Positions 27,893 through 38,949 are shown, counted from the stretch's first letter. The stretch is 64,000 nt of DNA from an uncultured virus (IMG/VR IMGVR_UViG_3300017728_001586) (IMGVR_UViG_3300017728_001586), one strand, 5' to 3'. The notes: generated from the letters alone by a model not told the origin. Program-made: numbers and translations.

Positions 27893-29272
27893 TTATCCCA
27901 AAGGTTTAAGTTTACTAATAGCAGAAGCGTACTGATTCATTGCAGGGTCAAGTCTGACTTCATTCTCTTCTGAGAAATCACCAGTTCCTTCTTCTACTAC
28001 AGTTTCTTCTGCGATGTTTTCTTCTTTTGGAAAGTAAGCGTTCTTTAGTTCTTCAACTTTATCACTAAAGTCTTCAGCACTAACGAAATCTACACCTTCT
28101 GCAAGAGAAACCATCTTCTCTGTTTGTGATTCAGATAGGTCTTTACAGGCCTCTGAAATCACGGTGCCTCTTTTGAGTTGGTCGTTCTCTGCAACAACTT
28201 CCATATTTTTAGATACTTCGTTGTCTAGTTTCTCTTCCATCTCATCAAGACGATTTGCGAGTTCATCAATAACATTGTACTTATCTTCAGGCACTTCAAC
28301 ATAATGTTCTACGAACAATGCTTTCATACCTTCGATGAAGTTTTCTGTCATTTCTGACCTCAAACCTCTCTCAATTGCAAGTTCGTTTTCTTTCGTCCAC
28401 TCTTCTGCACAATACGATAGATACTTATCAACTGCTTCTGTTAGGTCGCCTTTGACAGTTTCTACTGAGGTTTTTAAATTTTCTGAATAAGTTGTTTCTA
28501 ACTCTTCTTTTATTTCTGCAACTTTTGAAGTGACAGCAGCCTTAAAGATAGTTCTTGCCTTTTCAGAATTTTCTTCTGATAAGTCTAGAGCTTCTGAAAT
28601 TTTTGATAGGTCGTCCTCTATCTCCATTTCAACGAGGTCTGAATCAATTTCTGAGGATTCTTTTACTTCTTCCTCATCATCTTCATCTTCATCATCTTCT
28701 TCGTCTTCTTTCTCTTCTTTAGTCTTAGCTTCAATAATTGAATTGTAAGTTTCTTCGACTGTTTCTTCGTCTGAACTCTTTAAGAATTCTACGATGTTTC
28801 TCGCAATCTCTGCTTTAGTCAAGGATTCGTCAACCTTCTTTGAGTCTTCGTCTTCATCTTCATCGTCAACTTTCTTCATTTCTGAATACATTGCTGATAA
28901 ATCTGATTTACTCATATCCTTCATAGCGTTGACCATAGCCTTGATAGTTTGCATCTTAGAAGGTTTCTCTGATTCGGAAACTTCTTCTTCTTTAACATTC
29001 TTCAACTTAGGTTGCTTCTCGGCAGGAGATTCGCCTTTCTGTTGTGGATCACCACTAACTTCTTTGGTTCCTTTCTCTGCGCTCTTAACTGATGCAACTG
29101 CTTTGTCAACAGGATTTTCTTCTGGTTTGACGACTTCAGCCTTACCACCATCTATTTTGGCGGCATCGGATGAACCTTGCTTAACAGGTTTTGAGTCACC
29201 TTTTTCGGCTTTCGAATTCGGCTGCATAGCCTCTGCGATTGCCTGTTCTAGGTTTTTTTCTAAATCTGCCAT
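27893..29272 (-). CDS. gp22: Prohead core scaffold gp22
   Basis: Acidic coiled coil, VDKYLSY, LFVEHYVEVPEDK; long acidic N-terminal region. Confidence 0.9.
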   Translation of the reverse strand: MADLEKNLEQAIAEAMQPNSKAEKGDSKPVKQGSSDAAKIDGGKAEVVKPEENPVDKAVASVKSAEKGTKEVSGDPQQKGESPAEKQPKLKNVKEEEVSESEKPSKMQTIKAMVNAMKDMSKSDLSAMYSEMKKVDDEDEDEDSKKVDESLTKAEIARNIVEFLKSSDEETVEETYNSIIEAKTKEEKEDEEDDEDEDDEEEVKESSEIDSDLVEMEIEDDLSKISEALDLSEENSEKARTIFKAAVTSKVAEIKEELETTYSENLKTSVETVKGDLTEAVDKYLSYCAEEWTKENELAIERGLRSEMTENFIEGMKALFVEHYVEVPEDKYNVIDELANRLDEMEEKLDNEVSKNMEVVAENDQLKRGTVISEACKDLSESQTEKMVSLAEGVDFVSAEDFSDKVEELKNAYFPKEENIAEETVVEEGTGDFSEENEVRLDPAMNQYASAISKLKPLG

Positions 29273-29307
29273 TTTTTTCTCCTGTTTGAGTTTTAGCTTA
29301 ACTCTTT

Positions 29308-29315
29308 TATTTATA
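29308..29315 (-). promoter_or_regulatory. Late promoter TATAAATA
   Basis: Exact motif upstream of gp22. Confidence 0.75.
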
Positions 29316-29317
29316 TA

Positions 29318-29971
29318 TTATAGGTTCTCTACGAACTTTTTCCACATGTTTAATTTGGTTTCTTCAAGTTTATTCATCTTTGCAGTCCTTAATTTGTTCT
29401 GCATAACTTCGATGTCTTGTGCTTTCAGTACACCAGATTCATAGACCCATTCTACACCTTCCATGATTCCTTCAACGAAGGCTTCTGGTGCGGAGGGGTC
29501 TGCAACGATATCAGCTGCGGTTGCAAGTTGAAAATCGCCTTTAACATATTGGGCACCACCTCTTTGTTCGAGCGAACCCAAACCTCTTGATGATACGCCA
29601 AGTTTTGCACCATCATTAATCAAATTTCTTACGATTTGACCGTTTGGGGTGCTTAAAATTTTTGCTCTTCCCATGAAATTAGAACCATCTTCTTCTAATT
29701 TTGTTATCATGTGAGATACTTTGTCTAAATTGATTGTTGGTCCGTCAGGATGTCCTAACTCACCAAATGCTCGTCCTTTCTCAACGAACTCTTTACAGTA
29801 GCGGTCTACTTCTTTTTTCATTACTTCTTTAGGATAAACTCTGCCGTTTCTGTTTTTAATGTCGGCCTGCATGAATACACCTTCGATGAAGTAATCTTTC
29901 TCGCCCTTTTCGTTTTCTTCTACGATTACTGGTTCAATTGCGTAATCAACAAATTCAGATATTAGTTTCAT
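29318..29971 (-). CDS. gp21: Prohead protease gp21
   Basis: NRNGRVYP, GELGHP, GVSSRGLGS, DPSAP. Confidence 0.95.
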   Translation of the reverse strand: MKLISEFVDYAIEPVIVEENEKGEKDYFIEGVFMQADIKNRNGRVYPKEVMKKEVDRYCKEFVEKGRAFGELGHPDGPTINLDKVSHMITKLEEDGSNFMGRAKILSTPNGQIVRNLINDGAKLGVSSRGLGSLEQRGGAQYVKGDFQLATAADIVADPSAPEAFVEGIMEGVEWVYESGVLKAQDIEVMQNKLRTAKMNKLEETKLNMWKKFVENL

Positions 29972-30263
29972 TTATAACTCCTAAAATTTCTTCTAATGAG
30001 ATGTCTTCTTCATTCATTTGTTTCATTACCATTTTAATATTCTTCATCTCTTTTTCAGCTTCTTTCATGTTTCTGTATGGGTCTCCCATTGAGACTGTAT
30101 TAACATAAACATGAATCTTGCCTCGTTTATCTTCGCCGAATCTTATGTCCAGTGTTTTACTGCCTACTTTTTCAGTAGACTTCTTAACTTCTTTCTGTCC
30201 TGACGGAAGTTTAAACTTCGCCTCATTAAGAATCGTTGTTATCTGGTCCCAAGTTTTCGCCAT
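29955..30263 (-). CDS. Probable prohead core protein (gp68 position)
   Basis: Synteny between gp20 and gp21 only. Confidence 0.5.
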   Translation of the reverse strand: MAKTWDQITTILNEAKFKLPSGQKEVKKSTEKVGSKTLDIRFGEDKRGKIHVYVNTVSMGDPYRNMKEAEKEMKNIKMVMKQMNEEDISLEEILGVINETNI

Positions 30264-30408
30264 TCATCCAATCAACTGACATTTCGACTCTTTTCATGTC
30301 GACCTGGTCAGCAGCCTTTTGTTTGATACCCTTGAAAATAGAATCTTGAGCATCTTGTAATTTACCGGACTCTATTTGGTCCACTATGTTTTTTGCTATT
30401 TCTGACAT
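30226..30408 (-). CDS. Probable prohead core protein (gp67 position)
   Basis: Small ORF immediately after portal gene. Confidence 0.55.
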   Translation of the reverse strand: MSEIAKNIVDQIESGKLQDAQDSIFKGIKQKAADQVDMKRVEMSVDWMNGENLGPDNNDS

Positions 30409-31937
30409 TAAAAGTCTTCTCCTTCTTCACTATGTCCCTCTGAATCTATTTCGCCTTGTATTCTAGCGATATCATCTTCTGAGAAACGAAGTATATGTTT
30501 TCTGACATAATCGTCTGAAAAATACTTACCAATAAATGATTCTGCCTGTGAAAGAATATCTAATCTTTCTCTGATAATCTCTCCCTCTTTTAACTCTTGG
30601 AAGTGATTGTCTGTTGCAAAATCATAATGTATAAAATCTTTCATTGCATCAAACTCAGCGCCTGATACAATATTTTTTAGAACCATTTGAGTTCTAAGTA
30701 AATCAGTAAAGAGTCTTGCAAACTTAGTTTGTAGTCTCTTAGTGAACTTATTAAATTTAAGTTCATCTCTACTAATTTCTGATGCCCTACCCATGTTGAA
30801 ACCATTATCTGCTTCAAGTCTAGATGTAGGTACATTGAGAGAACGATATAGTTTCTTTTTAAAGTATTCTATATCTTCTATCTCTGCAAGGTTCTGACCA
30901 CCTGGTAGTGTAGTAATCTCTGTTCCTCTACCACCTTCTCTTCTTGGTAACCAAAAGTCTTCTAACATTGACATGTGGCGTCTATCATCTTTGATTTCGC
31001 CTGTGTCTGCATTGTAAACAAGTTTATTTCTATACTTGTTCATTGTATCTGCAAGGTATTGTTCTGCCTTTACTTTAGGTAAATTACCAACATCAATATA
31101 GAAGATTCTTCTTTCTGGTGCCCTTGATATTCTGTAAATAACAAGTGCATCTTCCATCATTGATAACTGATTTGCAGTCTTCAATGCCTTATGCAAATAT
31201 CCGATTACAACATTCTTTGTGTAATCTAACATACCAGAAGTAGTATAACTTACTGCCTCTGGTGCAATCTTAACTGTGGCGCCTTCATTTGCGACACCTT
31301 TGTCGAATCCTTTGTCGTTAAACATATAGAATTCTTCAACTTTTTTGATTATATCTATTTTCGTTTTAGTGTCTTTTTCTTTTTCAACATTACGAACTTT
31401 CTTAATCTTTAATGGGTCAACATTTCTAATGTCAACCATGCCTTGTTGTGGTCTTTTAGAATCTACAATCTTATGAAAGTAAATACGACCATCAACATAC
31501 CATTTACGGAATAGTTCATGTGAATTTTGATGGAATTTCATCAAGGTTAGAATCACCTTGAATTCTTCGTGCATCTTTTGTTTGATGCTGTCGGACAATT
31601 CTACATCTCTTAAATCTAATGAGACTACTCTATCTTGGGTATCTGAAACTATACATTCATTTACTATATCTTCGATAGCAATATCACATTCTGGCACAAG
31701 AGATGTCTCTCTGTATCTTCTAATGAGTGCGACCTCATTCTTGATACCTCCTTCCATATCAACATAGGAACCATATGCCCCACCTGATATGAAACCACCT
31801 GGCGACTGTTGAACAATGGGAGTTCCATCATCCTCGGCCGGTGCTACAAAAGAAGTCGCTGACTTCTTCTGTATATCTACATCTCGTAATTCGTCTTTCA
31901 ACCCCTTACGATTTATTTCAAACCCAAAAATATCCAT
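30408..31937 (-). CDS. gp20: Portal protein gp20
   Basis: WYVDGR, YRISRAPERRIFYIDVGNLP, EDFWLPRREGGRGTEITTLPG. Confidence 0.98.
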   Translation of the reverse strand: MDIFGFEINRKGLKDELRDVDIQKKSATSFVAPAEDDGTPIVQQSPGGFISGGAYGSYVDMEGGIKNEVALIRRYRETSLVPECDIAIEDIVNECIVSDTQDRVVSLDLRDVELSDSIKQKMHEEFKVILTLMKFHQNSHELFRKWYVDGRIYFHKIVDSKRPQQGMVDIRNVDPLKIKKVRNVEKEKDTKTKIDIIKKVEEFYMFNDKGFDKGVANEGATVKIAPEAVSYTTSGMLDYTKNVVIGYLHKALKTANQLSMMEDALVIYRISRAPERRIFYIDVGNLPKVKAEQYLADTMNKYRNKLVYNADTGEIKDDRRHMSMLEDFWLPRREGGRGTEITTLPGGQNLAEIEDIEYFKKKLYRSLNVPTSRLEADNGFNMGRASEISRDELKFNKFTKRLQTKFARLFTDLLRTQMVLKNIVSGAEFDAMKDFIHYDFATDNHFQELKEGEIIRERLDILSQAESFIGKYFSDDYVRKHILRFSEDDIARIQGEIDSEGHSEEGEDF

Positions 31938-31942
31938 AATTA

Positions 31943-31950
31943 TATTTATA
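31943..31950 (-). promoter_or_regulatory. Late promoter TATAAATA
   Basis: Exact motif upstream of gp20. Confidence 0.75.
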
Positions 31951-31982
31951 ACACCCTAAATGGTGCTATTTTCACTTTATTT

Positions 31983-32480
31983 TTAAAGGACTCTTTCCCA
32001 ATGCGAATACTGGAATTCAACATCAAATGTCTCCAATGTGTCAACTGTCTCATAAGATAAGTCAATCGCACCAATACTAGTTGGAAACATGTTAAAGAAT
32101 TCGTATCTCGCAAGGACGGAATCATCTTTGTTTAATTGTTCAACAAATGCTCTGTCTACTAAGTAGTCAAGGTTTGTTTGTCCTTCACCACTGTCTAAGT
32201 CTTGAATGTCTGTTTGCCATCCTTCTAGTGCAGTTCTTGCTGAGAATTCTACATCATTAATAATTGTCACGGTCCAAGGTTCGAATGTTCTATCTCCTGC
32301 GAGTTTTAAAACATGTCCTCTGAACTGTTGTTCAACAACACCTAATGTAGCAGCAGGAATCTGTGCTGATTGACATAAGAATTCAATCTTATTACCTGTT
32401 CTAGGTATAAAAACTCTAAAACGGTTAGCTCTTGGGCCACCACCTAGAAGTTGTGCTTTGAATTGGTCTATACTTGCCAT
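31983..32480 (-). CDS. gp19: Tail tube protein gp19
   Basis: GGPRANRF, AGDRTFEPWTVTIIND. Confidence 0.93.
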   Translation of the reverse strand: MASIDQFKAQLLGGGPRANRFRVFIPRTGNKIEFLCQSAQIPAATLGVVEQQFRGHVLKLAGDRTFEPWTVTIINDVEFSARTALEGWQTDIQDLDSGEGQTNLDYLVDRAFVEQLNKDDSVLARYEFFNMFPTSIGAIDLSYETVDTLETFDVEFQYSHWERVL

Positions 32481-32491
32481 CTAATTACTCC

Positions 32492-34495
32492 TTATACTGC
32501 GCCGTAAATTTCTTCAAACTGAACACCACTTCTAGCAGCAACAAAGTTTAAAGTTATGTAGTTAATTGATTTAGAAGGTTTCAAGAAGATAGAACATACA
32601 AATTCGTTTCTATCTTGTACAGCGTCTGTATTGTTTGTTTCGTCACAAACGACTGAGAAATCTACTAATCCTCTTCTGTTTTTAACATCTCTTAAGAAAG
32701 GTTCTACAGCAGCCCTAAATTGAGCCCTTGTGAATGAATCGTTGAATTCAAACAATTGAGCCTTAGCAGCAGTTGAAATTGCCTTTTCTAAAGTGATGAA
32801 TAGTCTTCTTACATTTATTCTATCAAATGCGGAAGGTGATGTTAATGCAGTCTTATCTCCAAATAGTACTGTTCCCTGTCCTGGGAAGGTAACTACTGGA
32901 TTAATTCTTGCACGATATAGGTCATCTCTACTTGACTGTTTCGGATTGAAAGCAAGTTTAGTGATACCTAAGTATTGTCCTCTTGAGAACCCAGCAGGCG
33001 AGAACCATGGGTCTTGAAGTAAGTCACTTCTTGCCATAATTCCAGCAGTGTGTCCACATGCAGGTACCCAACAATATTTGTCATTGTACTTCTCGTATTG
33101 ATAAGTCCAACCACTGTCGAATACTGCGTAAGAACTAGATGTGCATGATGCGTAATCTGCCTTAACATTTGTTGATTGTGTTGACTCACTTGATACGCCA
33201 ACTACTGAGGCTCTTCTTGGAGATGCAACTACTAAACAGTCTTTTCTATTTTCTGCAATCTGTATTGCACTGTTTACTAGTGAATTGTGGTCTGCAAGAG
33301 TATCTTGAGCACCCTCTGAACCACCCCCAGCGTCACTGGATGTTGACCCAACGACTAAGAAAGCCATATCTATTGTTTCTGCATCTGAGAAATGTTTGTC
33401 CCATGCATCGGTCTTTTGACCAACTGTTGGGTTTGCACGACCATCTGCACCACCTGTTAGTGATGAGATTTCAGGAAGAGCAGGTCTTGTGAAGACATTA
33501 CCGACTGCAGCCTGTAATGTTCTGTTTTCTGCGACTGTTAAGTCTGTTGCAGTTGAGTGACCTGACCACCAAACATACTTTGATTCTCTTTCGATTACAT
33601 CTTTGTAGTAGTTTGAATTACCTGTAGAATTCTTTGCATCTGACCCTAGTGATACGAATGAGAATGACTCTAACACAGCGCCTTTAGTGCCTGTGAATAG
33701 ACCATCTTCATCTTCAACAACAAGGTGAATCTCATCATTTACTGCGCCAACTAATGTGGCCCCTGCTGATGTTCCTGGTGCTTTGTCGAATAATGCGTAA
33801 TGTTCCCAATATCTATCAACTGATTCATCATCAACAACAGCACTTGTAAGACCAGTACCTTCTGGTTGATTTAATGCCTTAAATGTCAATGTGTTTGTTG
33901 AAATACCAACTACTTGATAATGAGTTGTGTGATTTGCGAACTTAATGATGTCGCCAATTATAACAGCGGCGCCTGAATCTACTACAACTGATGTTGCTCC
34001 AATTGCGTAGCCTGACCCATTGTTGACTGCGGTAGCAGCGTCATTGAAATATGCGTTTGAAGAAGCACACATGTGAACTTTAATAGAATTACCTAAAGCC
34101 CCAGCGTGTCTTGCAACCCACTTACCGACTGTACCTGCTGCCCCACCTGATTTATAGGTGTTTACATAGTCGTCTGAATTTTTTAATAATGTTGCTGAGT
34201 TTCCTGTTTGGTTTGCGTTGAATAAACCAGTGTTAGAAATTCTAACTACTGATAATGAAGAACCATATCTCAAGAAAGACTCGGCAGTGTAGAAGTCTTC
34301 AACAGAGGCGTTATTGTCTGCTGGTTTGTAGAATTCTTCAACTAGTTGTTGTCCATCTGAAACTGTTTTTACTTCATCAACAGGTCCCCATTGGAATACG
34401 CCAGCGAATCCACCTCTTGTTGAGGATACTGCTGGAACAACATTCGATAAGTCAATCTCTTTGACCTGAACGCCTGGTGAAACTTGAAATGCCAT
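32492..34495 (-). CDS. gp18: Tail sheath protein gp18
   Basis: SPGVQVKEIDL, WFSPAGFSRG, FDRINVRRLF, FEFND. Confidence 0.97.
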   Translation of the reverse strand: MAFQVSPGVQVKEIDLSNVVPAVSSTRGGFAGVFQWGPVDEVKTVSDGQQLVEEFYKPADNNASVEDFYTAESFLRYGSSLSVVRISNTGLFNANQTGNSATLLKNSDDYVNTYKSGGAAGTVGKWVARHAGALGNSIKVHMCASSNAYFNDAATAVNNGSGYAIGATSVVVDSGAAVIIGDIIKFANHTTHYQVVGISTNTLTFKALNQPEGTGLTSAVVDDESVDRYWEHYALFDKAPGTSAGATLVGAVNDEIHLVVEDEDGLFTGTKGAVLESFSFVSLGSDAKNSTGNSNYYKDVIERESKYVWWSGHSTATDLTVAENRTLQAAVGNVFTRPALPEISSLTGGADGRANPTVGQKTDAWDKHFSDAETIDMAFLVVGSTSSDAGGGSEGAQDTLADHNSLVNSAIQIAENRKDCLVVASPRRASVVGVSSESTQSTNVKADYASCTSSSYAVFDSGWTYQYEKYNDKYCWVPACGHTAGIMARSDLLQDPWFSPAGFSRGQYLGITKLAFNPKQSSRDDLYRARINPVVTFPGQGTVLFGDKTALTSPSAFDRINVRRLFITLEKAISTAAKAQLFEFNDSFTRAQFRAAVEPFLRDVKNRRGLVDFSVVCDETNNTDAVQDRNEFVCSIFLKPSKSINYITLNFVAARSGVQFEEIYGAV

Positions 34496-34545
34496 ACTTT
34501 TCTCCTGTTAATGTATTTTTACATTGTAAAAGTTGTTTACACTTT

Positions 34546-34561
34546 TATTTATATATTTATA
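34546..34561 (-). promoter_or_regulatory. Tandem late promoters (2 x TATAAATA)
   Basis: Two adjacent exact motifs upstream of gp18. Confidence 0.75.
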
Positions 34562-34565
34562 ATAT

Positions 34566-36149
34566 CTAAGAACCCTTAGAGTACCATCTGTCGCCACTAG
34601 CGTCAACAAATGATTCGACTTCGCCTTGGTCCCCAAATACTCCCGCTGGTAACATGTCATCCTCTATCATTTTCTGTTGTTCAGAATATAATAAATCTTT
34701 AACAGCGGTGTCTGTTAAGTGTGTGAAGAACTCTGTGGTTACAAACCACGCAAAGAGTACACAATTCATTACCATGTCGTCATGATAACCTCTGTCTGCC
34801 TCGAATGAAGAACCTTTATTAACAAATGTCATAAGTTCTGTAATCGTTGCTCTATCTACTACAGATAGTCTGTTTTCTTCTAGTAGTTCCTTTAAAGTGG
34901 AACAACCAACTCTCTTAATCTTTCTAGACATTGTGATACCAATGTCTTTCGCATGTGTCATACCTTGCACAAAGACATTTGGATATTCTATGTCATAGTG
35001 CAATTGTGTAGCGACCATTGAACCCTCTGCATTGTTTTCTATTATTACAAGTGCTTCATTATATCTACTACAGTACTTATTTATTAAATCCGGAAACAGC
35101 ATGGGGCTAATCATGTTATCTCTGTATGTACAAACCTGTTTAAATGGTCTTTGAGACACATCAAAGATACTAAAAGTAGAATAGTCGAACCCTCTACCTT
35201 GTGATACATCAACGGTTACAACATAGTTATGGTCTTGTTTTGGCGTATCATATACTATTAAACCATCTTTTTTCCATTCGCCATCTACTGCTCTCATACC
35301 CAATAATGTATCTGCATTGATAAGAGTATTACCAGTACCTAAGAAACTGTTGCCATATTCTTGTTCAAACTGTGCCTCTGAGGTGTTTGCAATAGTCTGT
35401 TTCTTCCACTCTTCATCACGACCTGGCACATCTTGCCAACCAATAGTGAATGATTTATACTCTGATTGGTCATGTATAGCACTTTCGTATATCTTATGAA
35501 ACATATTACCCACACCATTTGCAGTAGATGTGATAATAACTTTTGAATCTTTACCAGATGTGACAACAGGATATGTAGCAGTATAAAATGTCTCTGCATC
35601 TTCTACGAAAGCAAACTCATCAAGGTACAACATGTTAATTGACATACCACGAATGGACGATGAAGATGTGGCAGCTGCGACCAGTTTACTATCATTGCCG
35701 AACTCGATGTTTCCTTTGTTTAGAATCTTTACGCCTGGTTGTAAGAAGAATGGCACGGTCTCCAACATGGTTACAATACGAGACACCATCTCTCTGGCAA
35801 TCGCACCTTTGTTCGCCAGAATCGCTGTGGTGACTTCTGGAGTGAACAATAGATACCATAAAAGATATGCACATGATGTAATTGATTTACCACTCTGTCT
35901 GGCGGCAAGAATGACACTGAATCTATTGTCATTAAAATGATTTATGAGTTTATCTTGATATCCACGAAGTTTAAACGGTACTAGACCTTCATCTAGTGAT
36001 ATAATCTGACAATAATTTTGTATAAAGTGGCAAGGATCCTCAGAACATTTTTGATATTCTGCTATCTCTTCTGGTGTATACTTTGTTTCTACACCTGCTC
36101 TTTTGATTAAATTGTTACCTAAGTAACCTTCGTTCTTCGCTTGAACCAT
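34566..36149 (-). CDS. gp17: Terminase large subunit gp17
   Basis: ARQSGKS, LDEFAF, STANG, DVSQG, HDDMVM. Confidence 0.97.
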   Translation of the reverse strand: MVQAKNEGYLGNNLIKRAGVETKYTPEEIAEYQKCSEDPCHFIQNYCQIISLDEGLVPFKLRGYQDKLINHFNDNRFSVILAARQSGKSITSCAYLLWYLLFTPEVTTAILANKGAIAREMVSRIVTMLETVPFFLQPGVKILNKGNIEFGNDSKLVAAATSSSSIRGMSINMLYLDEFAFVEDAETFYTATYPVVTSGKDSKVIITSTANGVGNMFHKIYESAIHDQSEYKSFTIGWQDVPGRDEEWKKQTIANTSEAQFEQEYGNSFLGTGNTLINADTLLGMRAVDGEWKKDGLIVYDTPKQDHNYVVTVDVSQGRGFDYSTFSIFDVSQRPFKQVCTYRDNMISPMLFPDLINKYCSRYNEALVIIENNAEGSMVATQLHYDIEYPNVFVQGMTHAKDIGITMSRKIKRVGCSTLKELLEENRLSVVDRATITELMTFVNKGSSFEADRGYHDDMVMNCVLFAWFVTTEFFTHLTDTAVKDLLYSEQQKMIEDDMLPAGVFGDQGEVESFVDASGDRWYSKGS

Positions 36150-36152
36150 ATT

Positions 36153-36548
36153 TTAGTCTTTGTTCTTCTTAAGGAACTTTTGTAATTCAGAAGTTGACCC
36201 AACATACAAATGATTGTGTTGTTGTCCTATCTTCTGTTGTTCTTCGCCCTCTAACTTCTTCAATTTACTCTGTAAATCTATAAGTTTCTCTGCTGTTTCA
36301 CCTACTGTTTTAATTAACTGACCTGCAACTTCGTATGCACGAGGGTGTTCTGTTTCTTTTGATAATTGTAGTATGCCTTCGATTGCATCTTGTCCTCTTT
36401 CTACGAGTCCATACAGATTTTCTCTAGCGTATTTGTAATCTGTTTCCATGTTCTCATGTCGAGAAGGAAGTTTAACTATCTTTGTTTCTTCTTTGATGTC
36501 CGATTCTATATTTAAAAGGTCATCTAATTTTTCATCTATATCATTCAT
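36153..36548 (-). CDS. gp16: Terminase small subunit gp16
   Basis: DYKYARENL, HPRAYEVAGQLIK, YVGSTSELQK. Confidence 0.9.
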   Translation of the reverse strand: MNDIDEKLDDLLNIESDIKEETKIVKLPSRHENMETDYKYARENLYGLVERGQDAIEGILQLSKETEHPRAYEVAGQLIKTVGETAEKLIDLQSKLKKLEGEEQQKIGQQHNHLYVGSTSELQKFLKKNKD

Positions 36549-37045
36549 GTTATTGCCTCGAAATAGTCTATATTCAGTACATGTCTATATTTTTTACTAC
36601 ATGTATTGGTTGTACCTGTGTGTTGTGTATGTCCATCAAACATCAATATTCTATTCGCAACACTATCAATACATTCTATTTCATCTGATTCTTTTAGCAT
36701 AGTATATCCATTATTTGTATTTAAGTATAACAATGCAGTTTTTAAATTTTTTGGTGCAGTCTCAATGTCCACATGAAATTCATTTTTTATAATTGTATCA
36801 GTTCTTGGCAACATATTAAGTTTACATCGCACTAAAGAACAAACATTTAATTTATCTAATAATGGTTCAATCCACTCATATGCATCACTCTGAGGTTGAT
36901 TGTCAAAGTATAATGCATGTACAAATTGTATCTCATCACCATCTCTATTGACTGTATTTAAAAAATATGGAAAAGTTGGATGAGTAAATTTATCTACTAG
37001 TTCATTAAAGTAGTTTTGGTCTAATGCATTATCTATTATTTTCAT
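36545..37045 (-). CDS. 2OG-Fe(II) oxygenase-like protein
   Basis: FHVD, LYLNTNNGYT, NRILMFDG..H, R..LN. Confidence 0.75.
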   Translation of the reverse strand: MKIIDNALDQNYFNELVDKFTHPTFPYFLNTVNRDGDEIQFVHALYFDNQPQSDAYEWIEPLLDKLNVCSLVRCKLNMLPRTDTIIKNEFHVDIETAPKNLKTALLYLNTNNGYTMLKESDEIECIDSVANRILMFDGHTQHTGTTNTCSKKYRHVLNIDYFEAIT

Positions 37046-37060
37046 CTATTTCATTCATAA

Positions 37061-38098
37061 TTAACTATTGTCTTCTTCACTGTAATCATCTTTGACACCA
37101 TCGTCATAGAAAGATACATTCTCTGCAACAACGAAAGTATCGTCTGCATCGACTGAACCAACAAAGAGTAATTTATTACTAGCATCGGTCATGTTCACAG
37201 CAGCCGAAACTGTTATTTGTTCTCTGTTAGTTGCAATTGTGGTTATTGTGGGATTGGTATCTAAGTTGGTACCAAATACTTCATCTCCTACACTTATCTT
37301 ACTATTTATTGCACTAGGGAAGGTGATTATGTTTAGGTCACTTACTGCATTTGATAACTCTTGGAATGCAGGTTCATAGTGTTTAACTTCTTTAACAAGT
37401 CCTGATACACCTATATTTGATGATGTAAATGTTTTATTGCCATCTCCAATATAAGTTCTTTCAATAACATTCTTAATGATATTGCCTGTATAGATAGGAC
37501 CAAAGAAGTATGTCTTCATTGTAAAGTCTAAAGTATATTCTATAACTCTTCTATCTTCCATTGAACCCTCATAGTCATCTTGAAATGATACTGAGTTTAA
37601 TATTATGGGTACATCTCTATGGTCTGCCATATCATCAACCATCTTCATGGTGACTGTATATTCTGGTTGAAAGTAAGGTAGTATCTGTTCTACGATTTGC
37701 AATGCATCATTCATATTCTTAGTTAGAATAGTTAATGTAAAGTTTAGATTGTAAGGTGCAGGTGCGTATTGAAAACCTTTTTTACCATTTGTTTCCATTA
37801 TAGGTTTGACTGCCCTTATGAGTTTGTTCTGTTGTCTCTGTACATCATATTCAAAACCTGTCAATTCAAATGCCATCCTTGGCAACGATATTGCACTCCT
37901 ATTTCTATCTGATAGATTCGCCTCTTCAGCAATTCTATCTAAAAACTTTTGTTTAGGACCATATGATATTGGTACCATAGGAGAAGATAAGACTGTTCCG
38001 TCTGATTTGATTTTCTTGAATTGAATGTTATTAAACATTGTACCAAATACTGATACGCATCGTTTAATAGTTTCATTGTAAAAATATGTACCGAACAT
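37061..38098 (-). CDS. gp15: Tail sheath terminator gp15 with C-terminal extension
   Basis: PISYGPKQKFL, LPRMAFE, QIVEQILPYFQP. Confidence 0.92.
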   Translation of the reverse strand: MFGTYFYNETIKRCVSVFGTMFNNIQFKKIKSDGTVLSSPMVPISYGPKQKFLDRIAEEANLSDRNRSAISLPRMAFELTGFEYDVQRQQNKLIRAVKPIMETNGKKGFQYAPAPYNLNFTLTILTKNMNDALQIVEQILPYFQPEYTVTMKMVDDMADHRDVPIILNSVSFQDDYEGSMEDRRVIEYTLDFTMKTYFFGPIYTGNIIKNVIERTYIGDGNKTFTSSNIGVSGLVKEVKHYEPAFQELSNAVSDLNIITFPSAINSKISVGDEVFGTNLDTNPTITTIATNREQITVSAAVNMTDASNKLLFVGSVDADDTFVVAENVSFYDDGVKDDYSEEDNS

Positions 38099-38949
38099 TA
38101 TGGTTCACCAAATGGGTTTGTTTCTGATAAGTCTAAGTATGATGAATCTTTATTCTCAAAGTCTAAGTTCTGAGCGGCTGCATCATTGTTGAATGTCATT
38201 CTATCGTCTATAGATGAGATAGTAAATGTTGCGCCATTGGCACCATTTAATACATCGCCAACTTGTAGTGTTGTTGTGATATCTTTTGCGAGAAGTTTAC
38301 TTGTCGGTTGATTCCAAGATACAACTTCTGCAACAACTGTACCATTGAGTGCGAGAGTTTCATTCGCAATATAGTCTGTTGCATTACCATTGTTCATTGT
38401 CATATTCAATGAGTATGCTTGTTCATCTTCTATCAAGTCTATGTCACCAATTCCAGTATCGAAATCTTCTTGACTGTATTCAAACAGTTCACATCTTAGT
38501 TTAAATACAAACAGTTTACCTACTTGATAGAAAGGGTCTTCATGTTCTACAAATTTAATTTCAAACATAGAACCACTAAGAGGGAAGTAGATTAAATCTC
38601 CTTCGTTTGGTCTAAATGATGTTGCGAGATTTGAGTCTAGTGAGATGAATCTTTCCCAACTTCTTAATGATATAACAAAGGTCGCCTGGTCTCTAATCTG
38701 TAAACCAAACTTAGACATAAGGTCGCCTTCGCCTTCGAAACCATCTGTATTCTCAATGTACATTTCAACTGAGTATGCATCACCAAATTTAGATTGCACA
38801 TCTTCATTGAGTATACTATCCTCTTCGATAACTTGTCGAGGTAGATACATTGTCTCGTGACCATACATTCTTAAAGACTCAACAACTAAATCTTCATAGA
38901 GATGTTGTTCAGAATTTACTGCATGATTAAAAAATACATTTGTTGCCAT
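38098..38949 (-). CDS. gp14: Neck protein gp14
   Basis: YLPR, SKFGL, RPNEGDLIYFP, PFYQVGK, NPFG end. Confidence 0.92.
   Translation of the reverse strand: MATNVFFNHAVNSEQHLYEDLVVESLRMYGHETMYLPRQVIEEDSILNEDVQSKFGDAYSVEMYIENTDGFEGEGDLMSKFGLQIRDQATFVISLRSWERFISLDSNLATSFRPNEGDLIYFPLSGSMFEIKFVEHEDPFYQVGKLFVFKLRCELFEYSQEDFDTGIGDIDLIEDEQAYSLNMTMNNGNATDYIANETLALNGTVVAEVVSWNQPTSKLLAKDITTTLQVGDVLNGANGATFTISSIDDRMTFNNDAAAQNLDFENKDSSYLDLSETNPFGEP

Noticed and set aside
26996..29444. Long plus-strand ORFs (26996..27517, 28794..29444; also 54239..54742, 62611..63294)
   Set aside because: Antisense shadows of well-supported minus-strand genes.
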